A stretch of 64,000 bases of DNA, from assembly GCA_036918135.1 (NCBI GenBank), contig JBALDB010000007.1, forward strand, positions 96,001-160,000. Reading direction: 5' to 3'. Each line of letters opens with the position of its first letter. The stretch's first letter is position 1. The notes under the pieces were generated by a model. The model was given only the letters and a program-made list of their open reading frames with translations, had not been told where the DNA came from and made no database searches. The DNA comes from Nostoc sp. (GTDB lineage: Bacteria; Cyanobacteriota; Cyanobacteriia; Cyanobacteriales; Nostocaceae). This document shows positions 10,391 through 22,000 of the stretch, in pieces. The translations under genes were made by a program, and so were the position numbers.

Positions 10391-12910
10391 TCATTTAGGA
10401 CTGCTATATGTTGAAATTAACTCTCTAACGTGTTCTGCGGAATCTTGTTGTAGTGCTGATGCCGCGAGCGCCTGACTTTCATCTAAACTTAACTGATGAA
10501 TCGCTTGTTTGATTGCAGGTATACTTTGGGGATTGACGCTCAATTCATCCAGCCCCAAACCCAATAAAATTGCTGTCGCTAAAGGATCTGCTGCCAATTC
10601 GCCACATAATCCGACACAAATCCCCCCTGCATGGGCAGCTTGGACAGTTTGCTGCACCATCCTTAACACTGCTGGATGTAGCGCATCAACTAAATTTGCC
10701 ACGCGTGGGTTAGTGCGATCGCCTGCCATCATATACTGACTCAAGTCATTGGTGCCGATACTAAAAAAGTCTACTTCAGCAGCTAACTGCTCGGCGGTCG
10801 CCACTGCTGAGGGCACTTCTACCATAATCCCCACTTTCATCGCTGCATCGAAGGGGATACCAGCTTCATGTAGTTCAGCTTGCACTTCACCCAGAATTAC
10901 TTTCGCCGCACGCACCTCGGTTACAGTAGCTATCATCGGCAACATAATTTTAATTTGATGTCCGACACTAGCTCTCAAAATTGCCCGCAACTGAGTTTTG
11001 AAAAGTTCTGGGTGACTCAAGCAAAAACGAATTCCCCGCCAACCTAAGAATGGGTTGGCTTCAGGAAACCCTACCCTGAGATATGGAAGTGGTTTATCGC
11101 CCCCAATATCCAAAGTCCGAATCATCAGCGGACGATTATCTAAAACTTCAGCCATCGCTTGATACACTCTTAATTGTTCTTCTTCAGTCGGGGCGCTGGT
11201 TCTGTCTAAATACAAAAACTCGGTGCGGAGTAGTCCCACACCTTCGGCACCGTTAGCGACAGCAACTTGCACATCACTGATACTACCAATATTGGCAAAA
11301 ACGTCAACTTGGCGACCATCACGAGTAATTGCTGGCTGGTGTGCCGTGGTTTGTGCTTGCTGTTGGGCAGTTTGCCAAGCTTCTCGCTTTGCTTGAAGCT
11401 GTTCTCGGATATGTGAGTTTGGTTCTACCCAAGCTTTGCCGCTTTCACCATCGAGTGCCATGAGCGTACCATCTGCCAAGTGCAACACCTGGGCATCTAC
11501 TCCCAAAACTGCGGGAATACCCAAGGTGCGAGCGATAATTGCACTGTGGGAAGTGGCACTACCAGAAGTTGTACAAATTCCCAGCACCTTTGTCCGGTCT
11601 AGTCCAGCGGTATCTGAAGGCGTTAAATCGCTGGCTACTAAAATCGCTGGTTCTTGAAGATGCAAGTCAGCAGGGGTATTCCCAGTTAGTAACCGCATTA
11701 CCCGAAGCCCCACATCCACAACATCGTCAACTCGCTCTTGCAAATAAGAGTCCTCAAGTGTGCGGTAGGAAGACACCACTCGATCTACTACAGCTTGCCA
11801 AGCAGCTTCGGCATTAATTTGGTGTTCTAAGATATACCCATGAGCCGTTTCTAAAAGTACTGGATCTTCTAAAAATAGCAATTGGGCATCAAAGATAGCG
11901 GCTTCAGCATCACCAATTTGCAAAGATGCTTGAGAGAATACCGCCTGAATTTCTTGTCGGGCAATTTGAATTGCTGCGTGTAAGCGTTGCCACTCTGCTT
12001 CTACATCGTCTACGTTGTATTGCGTAAATGAAATCTGAGTGGGTTGATAATGAGCAACAGGTGCGATCGCTACTCCCCCAGAAGCCGGAATTCCCGAAAG
12101 TTCGCCGCTAGTTGCCGGGGTAACTTCGTGTTGCCAAACTGCTGGATAATTAACAGCAGTATTATCTTCACCAAAGTTAGTGGCAAACAATACTTGCAAT
12201 GCCGCCAGTGCTGCATCTGCATCAGAGCCGCTAGCAGTAATCAGCAATTCGTGTCCTTGACGCACGCCCAAAGTTGTGACTTGGTTAATACTGTCACCTC
12301 GGACTAATTGAGTATTTCTAGTTAAATTCTGTACCAATATTTGAGATTGAAACCGGGCTGCGGTTGCCACAAACTGAGCTGCGGGACGAGCGTGTAATCC
12401 TAAGCGATTGCTGACAATTAGATGGATTTCTCTAGGAAAAGATTCTAGATGCGATGCTGGGATGTTGCTATCCCCAACTGACAACGGACTACTAACTCCA
12501 CTCAATTGAGTTGCTTTCGCTACTAATGCACCCCGTGCTTCTGCCAGAACTTGCTGAATATTTCTACCAGCGGCCGCAGCCACCACAGCAGCGATCGCAC
12601 CTTCTACTAGAGGCGCTTCACACAAATATACTTTTTGCCGCTGTGCTGCTGAAAGAAACTCCAGTGCCATTTCTGCACTCAGCAAAGCACTACCCAAATC
12701 CATTAACACCAAAACACCATCATCACAGAAAACAGCGGCGATCGCCTCACTTACCTGGATGGCATCTGTACCCAATGGATTTTCGGGATCTTCAATACCT
12801 GCTGCAATAGCGATCGGCACTTCACCATGAACCATCTGGATGGCGAGTTCCCGCACACCGAGAGCTAGTTGTTTACTGTGAGAAACTATGACAATTCCGA
12901 CCACTGCCAC
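10391..12910 (-). CDS. ptsP: PTS multiphosphoryl transfer protein: DhaM-like EIIA(Man) + HPr + full Enzyme I
   Basis: VGIVIVSHS (EIIA His), GLHARPAA (HPr His), TSHSAIIAR (EI His), GLLRTEFL, RTLDIGGDK, SIGTNDL and LCGE. The true start may be GTG at 12904. Confidence 0.92.
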   Translation of the reverse strand: MAVVGIVIVSHSKQLALGVRELAIQMVHGEVPIAIAAGIEDPENPLGTDAIQVSEAIAAVFCDDGVLVLMDLGSALLSAEMALEFLSAAQRQKVYLCEAPLVEGAIAAVVAAAAGRNIQQVLAEARGALVAKATQLSGVSSPLSVGDSNIPASHLESFPREIHLIVSNRLGLHARPAAQFVATAARFQSQILVQNLTRNTQLVRGDSINQVTTLGVRQGHELLITASGSDADAALAALQVLFATNFGEDNTAVNYPAVWQHEVTPATSGELSGIPASGGVAIAPVAHYQPTQISFTQYNVDDVEAEWQRLHAAIQIARQEIQAVFSQASLQIGDAEAAIFDAQLLFLEDPVLLETAHGYILEHQINAEAAWQAVVDRVVSSYRTLEDSYLQERVDDVVDVGLRVMRLLTGNTPADLHLQEPAILVASDLTPSDTAGLDRTKVLGICTTSGSATSHSAIIARTLGIPAVLGVDAQVLHLADGTLMALDGESGKAWVEPNSHIREQLQAKREAWQTAQQQAQTTAHQPAITRDGRQVDVFANIGSISDVQVAVANGAEGVGLLRTEFLYLDRTSAPTEEEQLRVYQAMAEVLDNRPLMIRTLDIGGDKPLPYLRVGFPEANPFLGWRGIRFCLSHPELFKTQLRAILRASVGHQIKIMLPMIATVTEVRAAKVILGEVQAELHEAGIPFDAAMKVGIMVEVPSAVATAEQLAAEVDFFSIGTNDLSQYMMAGDRTNPRVANLVDALHPAVLRMVQQTVQAAHAGGICVGLCGELAADPLATAILLGLGLDELSVNPQSIPAIKQAIHQLSLDESQALAASALQQDSAEHVRELISTYSSPK

Positions 12911-12977
12911 ACCGCCAATCTAATTGAAAGGTTTGTGATTAGCCAGTTATCCATTTCATTTTCCCATTTTGCTACAA

Positions 12978-13290
12978 TTACAACTGCCCGAAAATATTCC
13001 CGTCTTTGGAGCTAGAAACCCGAATAAAATAGCCCTCTTTTACAGAAATACCTGGTGTCCACTCATAAACCCCATCGCTAGCAGTACGAGAAGAAATGTT
13101 TTGGATAAGTTTGTTCCCATAGTACAACTTAATCGAGACATCGCCATCAAGATTGTCTCGCCACAATATTAAATAAGGCTGAATCTTTGTTTGCAAGCAC
13201 TTTACTCCCTGGCTGACTGAGCAAGATTTTTGGCACAACCTGATTTTTAGTTTTCTTACGGAATTCTAAATAATCAGGTAGGTGTCAGAA
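12978..13290 (-). pseudogene. Probable frameshifted remnant of a protein ending in a Kre9/KNH-like Ig-like domain
   Basis: The C-terminal ILWRDNLDGDVSIKLYYG...SDGVYEWTP...YFIRVSS looks protein-like. A different frame upstream reads LPDYLEFRKK...PKILLSQPGSKVLANK and appears to join it by a frameshift near 13185. MITEs lie directly upstream. Confidence 0.45.
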
Positions 13291-13403
13291 AGCAGGATTT
13301 TCTTGCAGATTAGACAGTTGGGGAACAATAATATTTCCTCTGTTCGCCGAAACATTACCGACCTTTACAGATATCATAAGTATTCAATCGGACATGATAT
13401 AAC

Positions 13404-13728
13404 AGGATGTTTGGAAAGTCGCAAACTATACTAATAACCTCTCTTCAAACCTCTCAGACAAATGCAGAGACGCTTTAAAACCCCCCTTACCTACTTTTTA
13501 AGGGGGGTAGGGGGGTTAAGTTTGTCAAGCTTTAATGTTACCAAAAATACTTTTGAAACAACCTTCAAGAGGTTGTTTTAAAAGTGTTTAGCTGTCACTT
13601 TAGGCACTTTTAGATCCCCCGTAACCTCCATAAAAAGCAGGGAACCAGAATCAAAGTCTCCGTTTTGAAGGGAGATTTAGAGGAATCTAAAACTTTTGAT
13701 ACTGACAAGAATACTATTCAAATATCCT
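13404..13728. mobile_element. Two tandem decayed MITE-like repeats (AGGxTGTTTxxAAAGT...ACTTTTxAAACAxCCT family)
   Basis: Inverted ends at 13404/13564 and 13568/13728, with internal C-rich/G-rich hairpin tracts typical of Nostocales repeats. Confidence 0.6.
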
Positions 13729-13729
13729 T

Positions 13730-14713
13730 TTAGACGACAGCCGAAGAGATACCAACAACAATGTTATTATTGGTCAAATCAAGCCCAGCTGATAGCTTCG
13801 CAAACTGGATTTGTGCGGCCCCACCTAGACCATCTATATCAAAGTACAATGCACCAGTAGTGTCGTTGTAGATAAACCTATTACTAGAACTAGTCGCTGT
13901 TGAACCAATTACCAACTGATCGGCCGCAATCGGACCTGCTTGTGGTGTTACGACATTAATGCCGAAAATAGCAGGAGAGACATTGATAACATCATCTTGA
14001 ACCGAGAAGTCTGTAATAGTGTCAACATCTCCTACCGTGATGGCACTGAAAAGAAATCTATCAGCACCAAGGCCACCGGTGAGAATGTCGGTGCCCAAGC
14101 CGCCAGTCAGTTGGTCGTCGCCAGCCTCGCCAAACAGATTGTCGTTGCCAGTGTCGCCAAACAGAATGTCATTCTGAGCGCCGCCAAATAGAGCGTCATT
14201 GCCGTCATTGCCACTTACAAGGTCATCACCATCGCCGCCAAATAAAGCGTCGTTGCCGTCATTGCCAAACAGAACGTCGTTGCCTACATCGCCATTCAGA
14301 GCGTCATTGCCATCGCCGCCACTGAGAACGTCAATATCATTGCCGCCATTTAGAATGTCATTGCCATCGCCGCCATTTAAAAGGTCAATACCATCGCCGC
14401 CATCTAGCTGATCGTCACCAGCGTTGCCATTCAGCGCATCGTCACCGTCGTTACCAAACAAAATATCTCTGTCAGAGCCACCAAACAGAGCATCATTGCC
14501 GTCATTACCACTCAGAAAGCTTCCGCCAGCCCCGACACTTAGAATGTCGTTACCATCGCCACCAATCAGAGCGTTTCTACCATCGCCGCCACTGAGAGTA
14601 TCGTCGCCTTCGGCACCATTCAAAAAGTCGTTGCCAGTGTCGCCAGATATAATGTCACTTTCAATAGTCCCAATCAAAGCGTCGTTGCCTATGGTACCAA
14701 TGATTGTAGCCAT
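13730..14713 (-). CDS. RTX/hemolysin-type calcium-binding repeat protein
   Basis: More than 20 consecutive GxDGNDxLx nonapeptides followed by GADRFLF...DTITDF...FIYNDTTGALYFDIDG. Confidence 0.9.
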   Translation of the reverse strand: MATIIGTIGNDALIGTIESDIISGDTGNDFLNGAEGDDTLSGGDGRNALIGGDGNDILSVGAGGSFLSGNDGNDALFGGSDRDILFGNDGDDALNGNAGDDQLDGGDGIDLLNGGDGNDILNGGNDIDVLSGGDGNDALNGDVGNDVLFGNDGNDALFGGDGDDLVSGNDGNDALFGGAQNDILFGDTGNDNLFGEAGDDQLTGGLGTDILTGGLGADRFLFSAITVGDVDTITDFSVQDDVINVSPAIFGINVVTPQAGPIAADQLVIGSTATSSSNRFIYNDTTGALYFDIDGLGGAAQIQFAKLSAGLDLTNNNIVVGISSAVV

Positions 14714-14819
14714 ATCGGTGGTTTCTCCTTGGTTAAATTGTTCTAGTAGAAATCCTCTTTATAGAGGAAGGGGAGGAAAACAGATGTGAGTTGACATGCT
14801 CCCTACTTTATGAAGAGAG

Positions 14820-15459
14820 GATTTTTCAATTCAACAATGCCCTCCTATTTGTTTAGTGGGTATTTCTATAAGTTGTTTATGCAACATAAGACCAAAAAGT
14901 TTTCCAGAACACTTGTCAGCCCTTTCTTTTCCCTTCTCACACATCCGGCGAAATCAGCTTCTAGAGAACTTTTCAAGTTACCTCTGTTCTAGATGAACTT
15001 AAAAGCGATGTCTAAGACAAGCCGATGCAGCGTCTACGCTTATGGCCATAATGAAAAGTTCCAATAACGCCGCCTCAAACCCCGATTATTTCATCGATTC
15101 ACGATCCAGGCTATCAGGTAAAACGGTTGAACACCATTTGGATGGACGGAGGATACCGAGGCGAAGAATTTATGCGTTGTCAGGCTATTAGCATGATTTT
15201 TAACAATATCCTCTTACTGATGTTTTTAGATATTAATGAAGGTATAAAAAATAGAGCTAAACAAGCTCAATATCACGTTGAGCCTTTTATATTTAATTAG
15301 GTTCACTTACTTAATAGCCATAAATACGACTTTGTGTCGCACAAAGCACAGTCAGTCGAATCTTTAGCTAAGTGTGAATAATTTTGGTCTTCTGCTGCAT
15401 AAATAGTTTATAGAAATACCCACTAAATAAATAGGAGGGCATTGTTGAATTCAAAAATC
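14820..15459. repeat. Long inverted repeat: arms 14820-14897 and 15382-15459
   Basis: Manual alignment of the left arm with the reverse complement of the right arm gives 71 of 78 identical positions without gaps. Weaker similarity extends about 10 bp outward. Confidence 0.9.
15100..15180 (+). pseudogene. Short IS5-family (IS1031-like) transposase remnant
   Basis: Translates as HDPGYQVKRLNTIWMDGGYRGEEFMR, resembling the RLxxIWxDGGY/F-x-G motif around a catalytic Asp in cyanobacterial IS5 transposases. No intact ORF. Confidence 0.6.
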
Positions 15460-15495
15460 TTGTGTTCATATCTATTAAGCAGTAAGTTATTGAGA

Positions 15496-15725
15496 TAAGT
15501 AGGTCGGTGTGAATATTTATCGTTGGGATAAGGTAGAAGGTAGGAGGCAGGAGGTGAGTCTGCGCCGTCTTGGGGTCTCCCCAAGTGAAGCATTTGGCGT
15601 GGTTTACCCTATGAGTGACTGACGTTGGCGACGAAGGAGCGTCACCCGAAGGGCACTAGGCAAGAAGGTTTGAATCTATTTAATTTTTCTTAACATAGTT
15701 TGGTTTTTCCGCATCGTTCTACTTA
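15496..15725. mobile_element. MITE-like element (TAAGTAG...CTACTTA ends) containing further short Nostoc repeats
   Basis: Left end taagtaggtcggtgtgaa and right end ttccgcatcgttctactta are imperfect inverted repeats. A lone related end sits at 15285-15313. Confidence 0.65.
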
Positions 15726-16002
15726 CTAGCATCTTCAGTTAGAAATACGCACATTTTATGAGAATCTCGACTATCTATGACCAATTAACCGCAAAATGCA
15801 TCTCATGGCTGCAAAAAGAAGGGATGACAGAGCTATTAGAAATAATATCAAGACATTCAAACAGTTCTTTAAGTTAGTTGTTTCAGATGAGTAATAGTAG
15901 AGTGATAGAATCACCAATCAATGAGATAACATCTTTGCAGTCCGCAAAAATATACTTAGCCCTTGAGGCAGTTGCAAGTATATAAATTATCGGAGGTTTC
16001 AA

Positions 16003-19000
16003 ATGGAATCTATAGCGATTATAGGTATTGGCTGTCGTTTTCCGGGCGCTAGAGATCCTGAAGCCTTTTGGAACCTGATGCGGAATGCTGTGGATGCTAT
16101 TACTGAGGTGCCACCAGATCGATGGGATATTAATGCCTTCTACGATCCGAAGCCAGCTACACCGGGAAAAATGAATACCCGCTTTGGCGGTTTCCTAGAG
16201 CAGGTAGATCGGTTCGATGCCAGCTTCTTTAAAATTTCTCCGCGTGAGGCGGAGCGAATGGATCCCCAGCAACGGCTAATTTTGGAAGTAGCCTGGGAAG
16301 CTCTAGAAAATGCCGGACTAGTGCCAAACATGTTAGCTGAAAGCCAAACAGGGGTTTTCATCGGAATGAGCAGCTATGATTATGGTGTTTTGCTAGATAA
16401 AAAAAATTTCGACCAGATAAACGCCTACAATGGTACGGGCAATACCTTTAGTATTGCTGCTAATCGCTTATCATATATACTAAATCTACGCGGCCCAAGT
16501 ATAGCTATAGACACTGCTTGTTCCTCGTCACTGGTCGCAGTACATTACGCTTGCCAAAGTTTGCAGACTGGAGAGTCTGAGCTTTGCTTGGTTGGGGGTG
16601 TGAACCTGGTAATATCACCACACCTGAATATTACTTTCTCTCAAGCAGGCATGATGTCAGCTGATGGACGTTGTAAGACTTTTGACGCTAAGGCTGATGG
16701 TTATGTCAGGGGTGAAGGTTGTGGTGTGGTCGTCCTCAAACGTCTTTCAGAGGCTCTTAAAGATAAAGACAATATTCTTGCGATTATCAAAGGCTGTGCA
16801 GTTAACCAAGATGGTTTTACTAATGGACTGACAGCTCCTAATAGTCTTTCTCAACAGACCGTTATCCATCAAGCTTTAAAAAATGCTGGAGTTGCACCAG
16901 CGCAAATTAGCTATGTTGAAACCCACGGTACTGGCACTCCTTTGGGAGATCCCCTTGAGGTTAAAGCCCTAAAGGCTGTACTGACGGAGGGTCGTTCCCT
17001 AGACCAACTTTGTTGGATTGGCTCAGTTAAAACTAATATTGGCCATTTAGAAGCTGCTGCGGGAATTGCTGGATTGATTAAGGTGGTGCTTTCACTGCAA
17101 CATCAACAGATAACACCTCACTTGCATTTGCAGCAACTAAATCCATATATTTCTTTCAAAGGAACTCCTTTCTCTATTCCAACTGAACATCAATCTTGGA
17201 TGGCTGGTACAGAGAGGCGTTTAGCTGGTGTCAGTTCGTTTGGCTTCGGTGGTACCAATTGCCACGTAATTCTTGAAGAAGCACCTGCTGTGACTAGGGT
17301 AGCGAGCGATATTGAACGTAAAGTACATTTGCTTACACTTTCGGGAAAAAGTGAGAAGGCTTTACAGGAATTGGCACAAAGTTATGCAGATTTTGTGGTG
17401 TCTCATCTAGAAGCATCATTGGCAGATATTTGCTTTACTGCTAATGTCGGACGATCGCATTTCAACCACCGTTTGGCAATTGTCACTGAATCTACCAATC
17501 AATTGCACGAGCAACTGACTGCTTTTACTACTGGCAAACAGGCATCTGGAGTTATCGCTGGAACTGTGGAGACGAGGAATCGCCCTAAGATAGCGTTTCT
17601 CTTCACCGGGCAAGGCTCTCAGTATTATGATATGGGACGCCAGCTCTATGAAACTCAACCCACTTTCCGCAAAATATTGCAGCAATGCGATCGCCTCTTA
17701 AAACCTTATTTAGAGCATTCACTGCTTGAAATACTGTATGGTACTTCTGGGACAGCTTATCTGTTAAATGAAACTGTTTATACCCAACCAGCCCTGTTTG
17801 CCTTAGAATATGCTCTTGCACAGTTGTGGCGTTCTTGGGGAATTGTACCAGATGCTGTCATCGGTCACAGTGTAGGTGAATATGTTGCTGCGTGTGTAGC
17901 TGGGGTGTTCAGCTTAGAAGATGGGCTTCGGCTGATTGTAGAACGCAGTCGATTAATGCAGTCTTTGCCAGAAAACGGTGAAATGGTAGTAGTGTTTGCC
18001 CAACTTGAAAAAGTGGCTAACATTATTAACCAGTATGAGGGTCAAGTAGCGATCGCTGCTATTAACGGATCTAACAACATTGTGATTTCGGGTGTGAGAG
18101 AATACGTGCAGTCGGCAGTTGAGCAGTTTCAGTCCCAAGGGATTACTGTAAAGCCAATACATGTTTCTCATGCCTTCCACTCACCACTAATGGAGCCGAT
18201 TCTTGAAAAATTTGAGTTGAAGGCAGCAACAGTAAAGTTTCAAGCTCCACAAATTGCTTTAATCTCTAACCTAACAGGTCAATTTTTCCACTCAGGAGAA
18301 ATCCCAGATGCAAGTTATTGGTGTCGCCACCTGCGAGAACCAGTACAATTTGCGGCGGGAATGGACACCTTGGCACAACAAGGTTATAAAGTGTTTCTCG
18401 AACTTGGCCCTCGCCCTACTTTATCAGCTATGGGTAAGCGATGCTTACCGAATGTAAAAAGTACTTGGCTACCTTCATTACAGCCAGGGCAAGATGACTG
18501 GCTGGTTTTATTGAACAGCTTAGGGATATTGGAGATTCAAGGAGTGGAAGTCAATTGGCTAGGATATGACCGCGACTACCAACGACATAAAATTTCTTTG
18601 CCCACTTATCCTTTTCAGCGTCAGCGTTATTGGTTCGAGTCTGACGAAGAGAAAAATATCAATTCTATGGATTTGAAAAACTCAGATACACAGCAGCTTA
18701 ACAATACTCTAAAAACTAAATCTAAAGATAAAATATCATCTCAATTACGTATCCTTGTCGCTAAGTTACTGCAAATAGACGCGTCTGAAATTGATGTTTA
18801 TGCAGCTTTTCTAGAAATGGGTGCAGACTCTATTGTCTTGGTTGAAGCTGTTAGAACTATTGAAAACACCTTTGGAATCAAGGTGACTATTCGCCAGCTG
18901 TTTGAAGAGTTAACAAATATTGATAATCTTGCAAGTTACATAGAGCAAAATCAGCCCCTTGCGATCGCACAATCCTTAGAGCCTGAAATAGCTGAAAATC

Positions 19001-22000
19001 AGCCCCACCAATCTATCCAGGAAAAAGCTTCCGAACCAGCGATTGCAGCTAGCACATTACCCCAACTTCCACAACCAGCGCTACCGACTTTGACTAAGCA
19101 GTTTACATCTGTGGGTGACGAGTCGGTAAATAGAACACCAATAGTTGAGACTGGACTTGAGCGAATTATGGCTCAACAACTACAGCTGGCGTCTCAAGTC
19201 ATATCTCAACAATTGCAGTTATTACAAAATCGTGTTGTATCATCCACAGATGAGTCACAAGTAGCATTCTCCAAGCCAATCAGTCCAGCAAATGATTCGG
19301 TTAATAGAAATGGCAGCCTGCAACAAGCAAAGTCTATAACTGCACCCATTGAACAAATATCAGCCAAAAAGCAACCGCCAGGATCTCAAACAACAAATTC
19401 TCATGCTCTAACAGTAGGAGTAGGCGCAGAGGGACTAAATCCTCGACAACAGCAGCACCTAGAGGAATTGATTGCACGCTACACAAAGCGCACACAAAAG
19501 TCAAAACGAGCAAAGCAATCTTATCACCATGTCCTGTCTGACAGCAGAGCCGCCGCTGGATTCCGGCCATCAATTAAAGAAATAGTTTATCCGATTGTTT
19601 GCGATCGCTCTGTTGGTTGTAGATTTTGGGATGTGGACGGTAATGAATATGTGGACATCACAATGGGGTTTGGCGTGCATCTGTTTGGTCACAATCCGCC
19701 CTTTGTGATAGAAGCTTTACAAGAGCAAATAAAACTTGGTATGCAAGTTGGCCCCCAACCAAGTTTAGTAGGCGAAGTAGCAGAGTTGTTTTGCGAACTG
19801 ACAGGTTTAGAGCGCGTCACCTTTTGCCAGTCAGGTACAGAAGCAGTGATGACATCACTGCGTTTAGCACGAACGGCGACAGGACGGACAAAAGTTGCCT
19901 TGTTTTCAGGTTCTTTTCACGGTCATTTTGACGGGGTTTTAGCCAGAACACAAGCATCACACGAGCGGGTTTCTGTACCGGTGGCTCCCGGTGTAACGCC
20001 ACACATGGTTGAAGATGTTGTGGTACTCGATTATGGCGATCGTAGTGCATTAGAATACATCGAAGCTCATGCTCATGAATTAGCTGCGGTTTTGGTTGAA
20101 CCCGTACAAAGTCGGCGACCCGATTTACAACCCCAAGAGTTTTTACAGCAGTTGAGGCAACTGACCGCAAAAGCAGGTACCATTTTGATTTTCGATGAAA
20201 TCATCACTGGCTTTCGCATTCATCCAGGCGGCGCACAGTCACACTTTGGTGTGAAAGCGGACTTAGCAACTTACAGTAAAATTCTTGGTGGTGGTTTGCC
20301 GTTTGCAGCAGTAGCAGGTAAAGCTACCTTAATGAATGGAATCGATGGTGGTCAGTGGAATTACGGTGACGATTCGTATCCTGAAGCCGAAAGGACATTT
20401 TTTGCAGGTACTTTTAACAAACATCCTTTGGCTTTAGCAGCTGCAAGAGCGGTACTTAAGCATCTTAAAAACCAGGGATCGGTTCTTCAAGAGCAATTAA
20501 ATCAACGCACAGCAAAGTTAGCTCAAACACTCAATAGCTTTTTTGAACAAGAGCGTGTACCCATTCAAGTAGTTTATTTTGGTTCGCTGTTCCGCTTTAG
20601 CTTTAAGAAAAACTTGGATCTGTTTTTCTACCACTTGATTGAGAAAGGTGTTTACGTTTGGGAAGGGCGTACTTGTTTTCTGTCTACAGCCCATACAGAT
20701 ACCGATATTCAGTATGTAATTCAGGCTGTGAAAGAGAGCATAGCCCAAATGCAAGCAGCAGGTTTTTTACCCGAACCTTCATCCAACTCGAATGCAACAG
20801 CAAGCAATTCAACGAATTTCTTGGCTAAAAGTTCCACTTTAGAAGCTGCGCCTTCAGGAGGTATCGTAGAACCTGGGTTTTGGGGAAGAAAAACTCATAA
20901 ACCCAATCTTAATTTCAGTCAAAATACGGCAATAAGAGCAAAGCGAGATACCAGCCAAGGAATTGCCTTTAGCCTGTATTATTTCGGCAACTATGAGCCT
21001 GAATTCGACCCTAACAAATATGACCTGCTATTTGCAGGGGCAAAATTTGCCGATGAGCAGGGTTTTACAGCTTTGTGGATACCCGAACGTCACTTTCATC
21101 CCTTTGGGGGATTTTCACCTAATCCATCAGTGTTAGGAGCTGCACTTGCCAGAGAAACGAAGCGTATCCAAATACGTGCTGGTAGTGTTGTCCTGCCGAT
21201 ACATCACCCAATTCGAGTTGCAGAAGAATGGTCAATAGTTGACAATTTATCGAAAGGCAGAGTCGGAATTTCCTTTGCCTCCGGTTGGCATGTAAATGAT
21301 TTTGTGTTTGCACCAGAATCTTATGGTAAACATCGGGAACTGATGTTTCAACAAATTAAAACAGTACAAAAACTGTGGCGGGGTGAGTCACTTCCAGTTC
21401 GAGATGGTGCAGGAAGTGACATCAATGTCAAGCTGTTTCCCATGCCAATGCAGCCTGATATGCCAATTTGGGTTACAATCGTCAACAATCCAGACACCTA
21501 TATCAGAGCAGGTGAAATAGGTGCGGGTGTTTTAACCAACTTAATGGGGCAGACCATTGAAGATTTAGCCCATAATATAGCTCTTTATCGCCAGTCTTTG
21601 GCTAACCACGGTTACGACCCAGAATCAGGTAATGTAACAGTTTTACTACATACATTTGTGGGAGACAACGTTGATATTGTTCGCCAGAAAGCTCGTCAAC
21701 CTTTTTACAATTATCTCCAATCAACTGTTGGACTTTTTCAAAATCTAGTCAAAAGTCAAGGGTTGAAAGTCAATATAGACAACGTTTCTGAGGATGATAC
21801 TAATTACATTCTCTCAAAAGCTTATGAGCGTTACGTGCAAACGAGTGCTTTGATTGGAACTCCTTCTTCTTGTTCGCCTATTATTAATCAGTTAATAGAA
21901 ATTGGTGTTGATGAAATTGCCTGTTTTGTTGATTTTGGAGTCGATAGCGATTCTGTTTTAGATGGGTTTCATCATTTAAATTTGCTAAAAGAAAAATATA

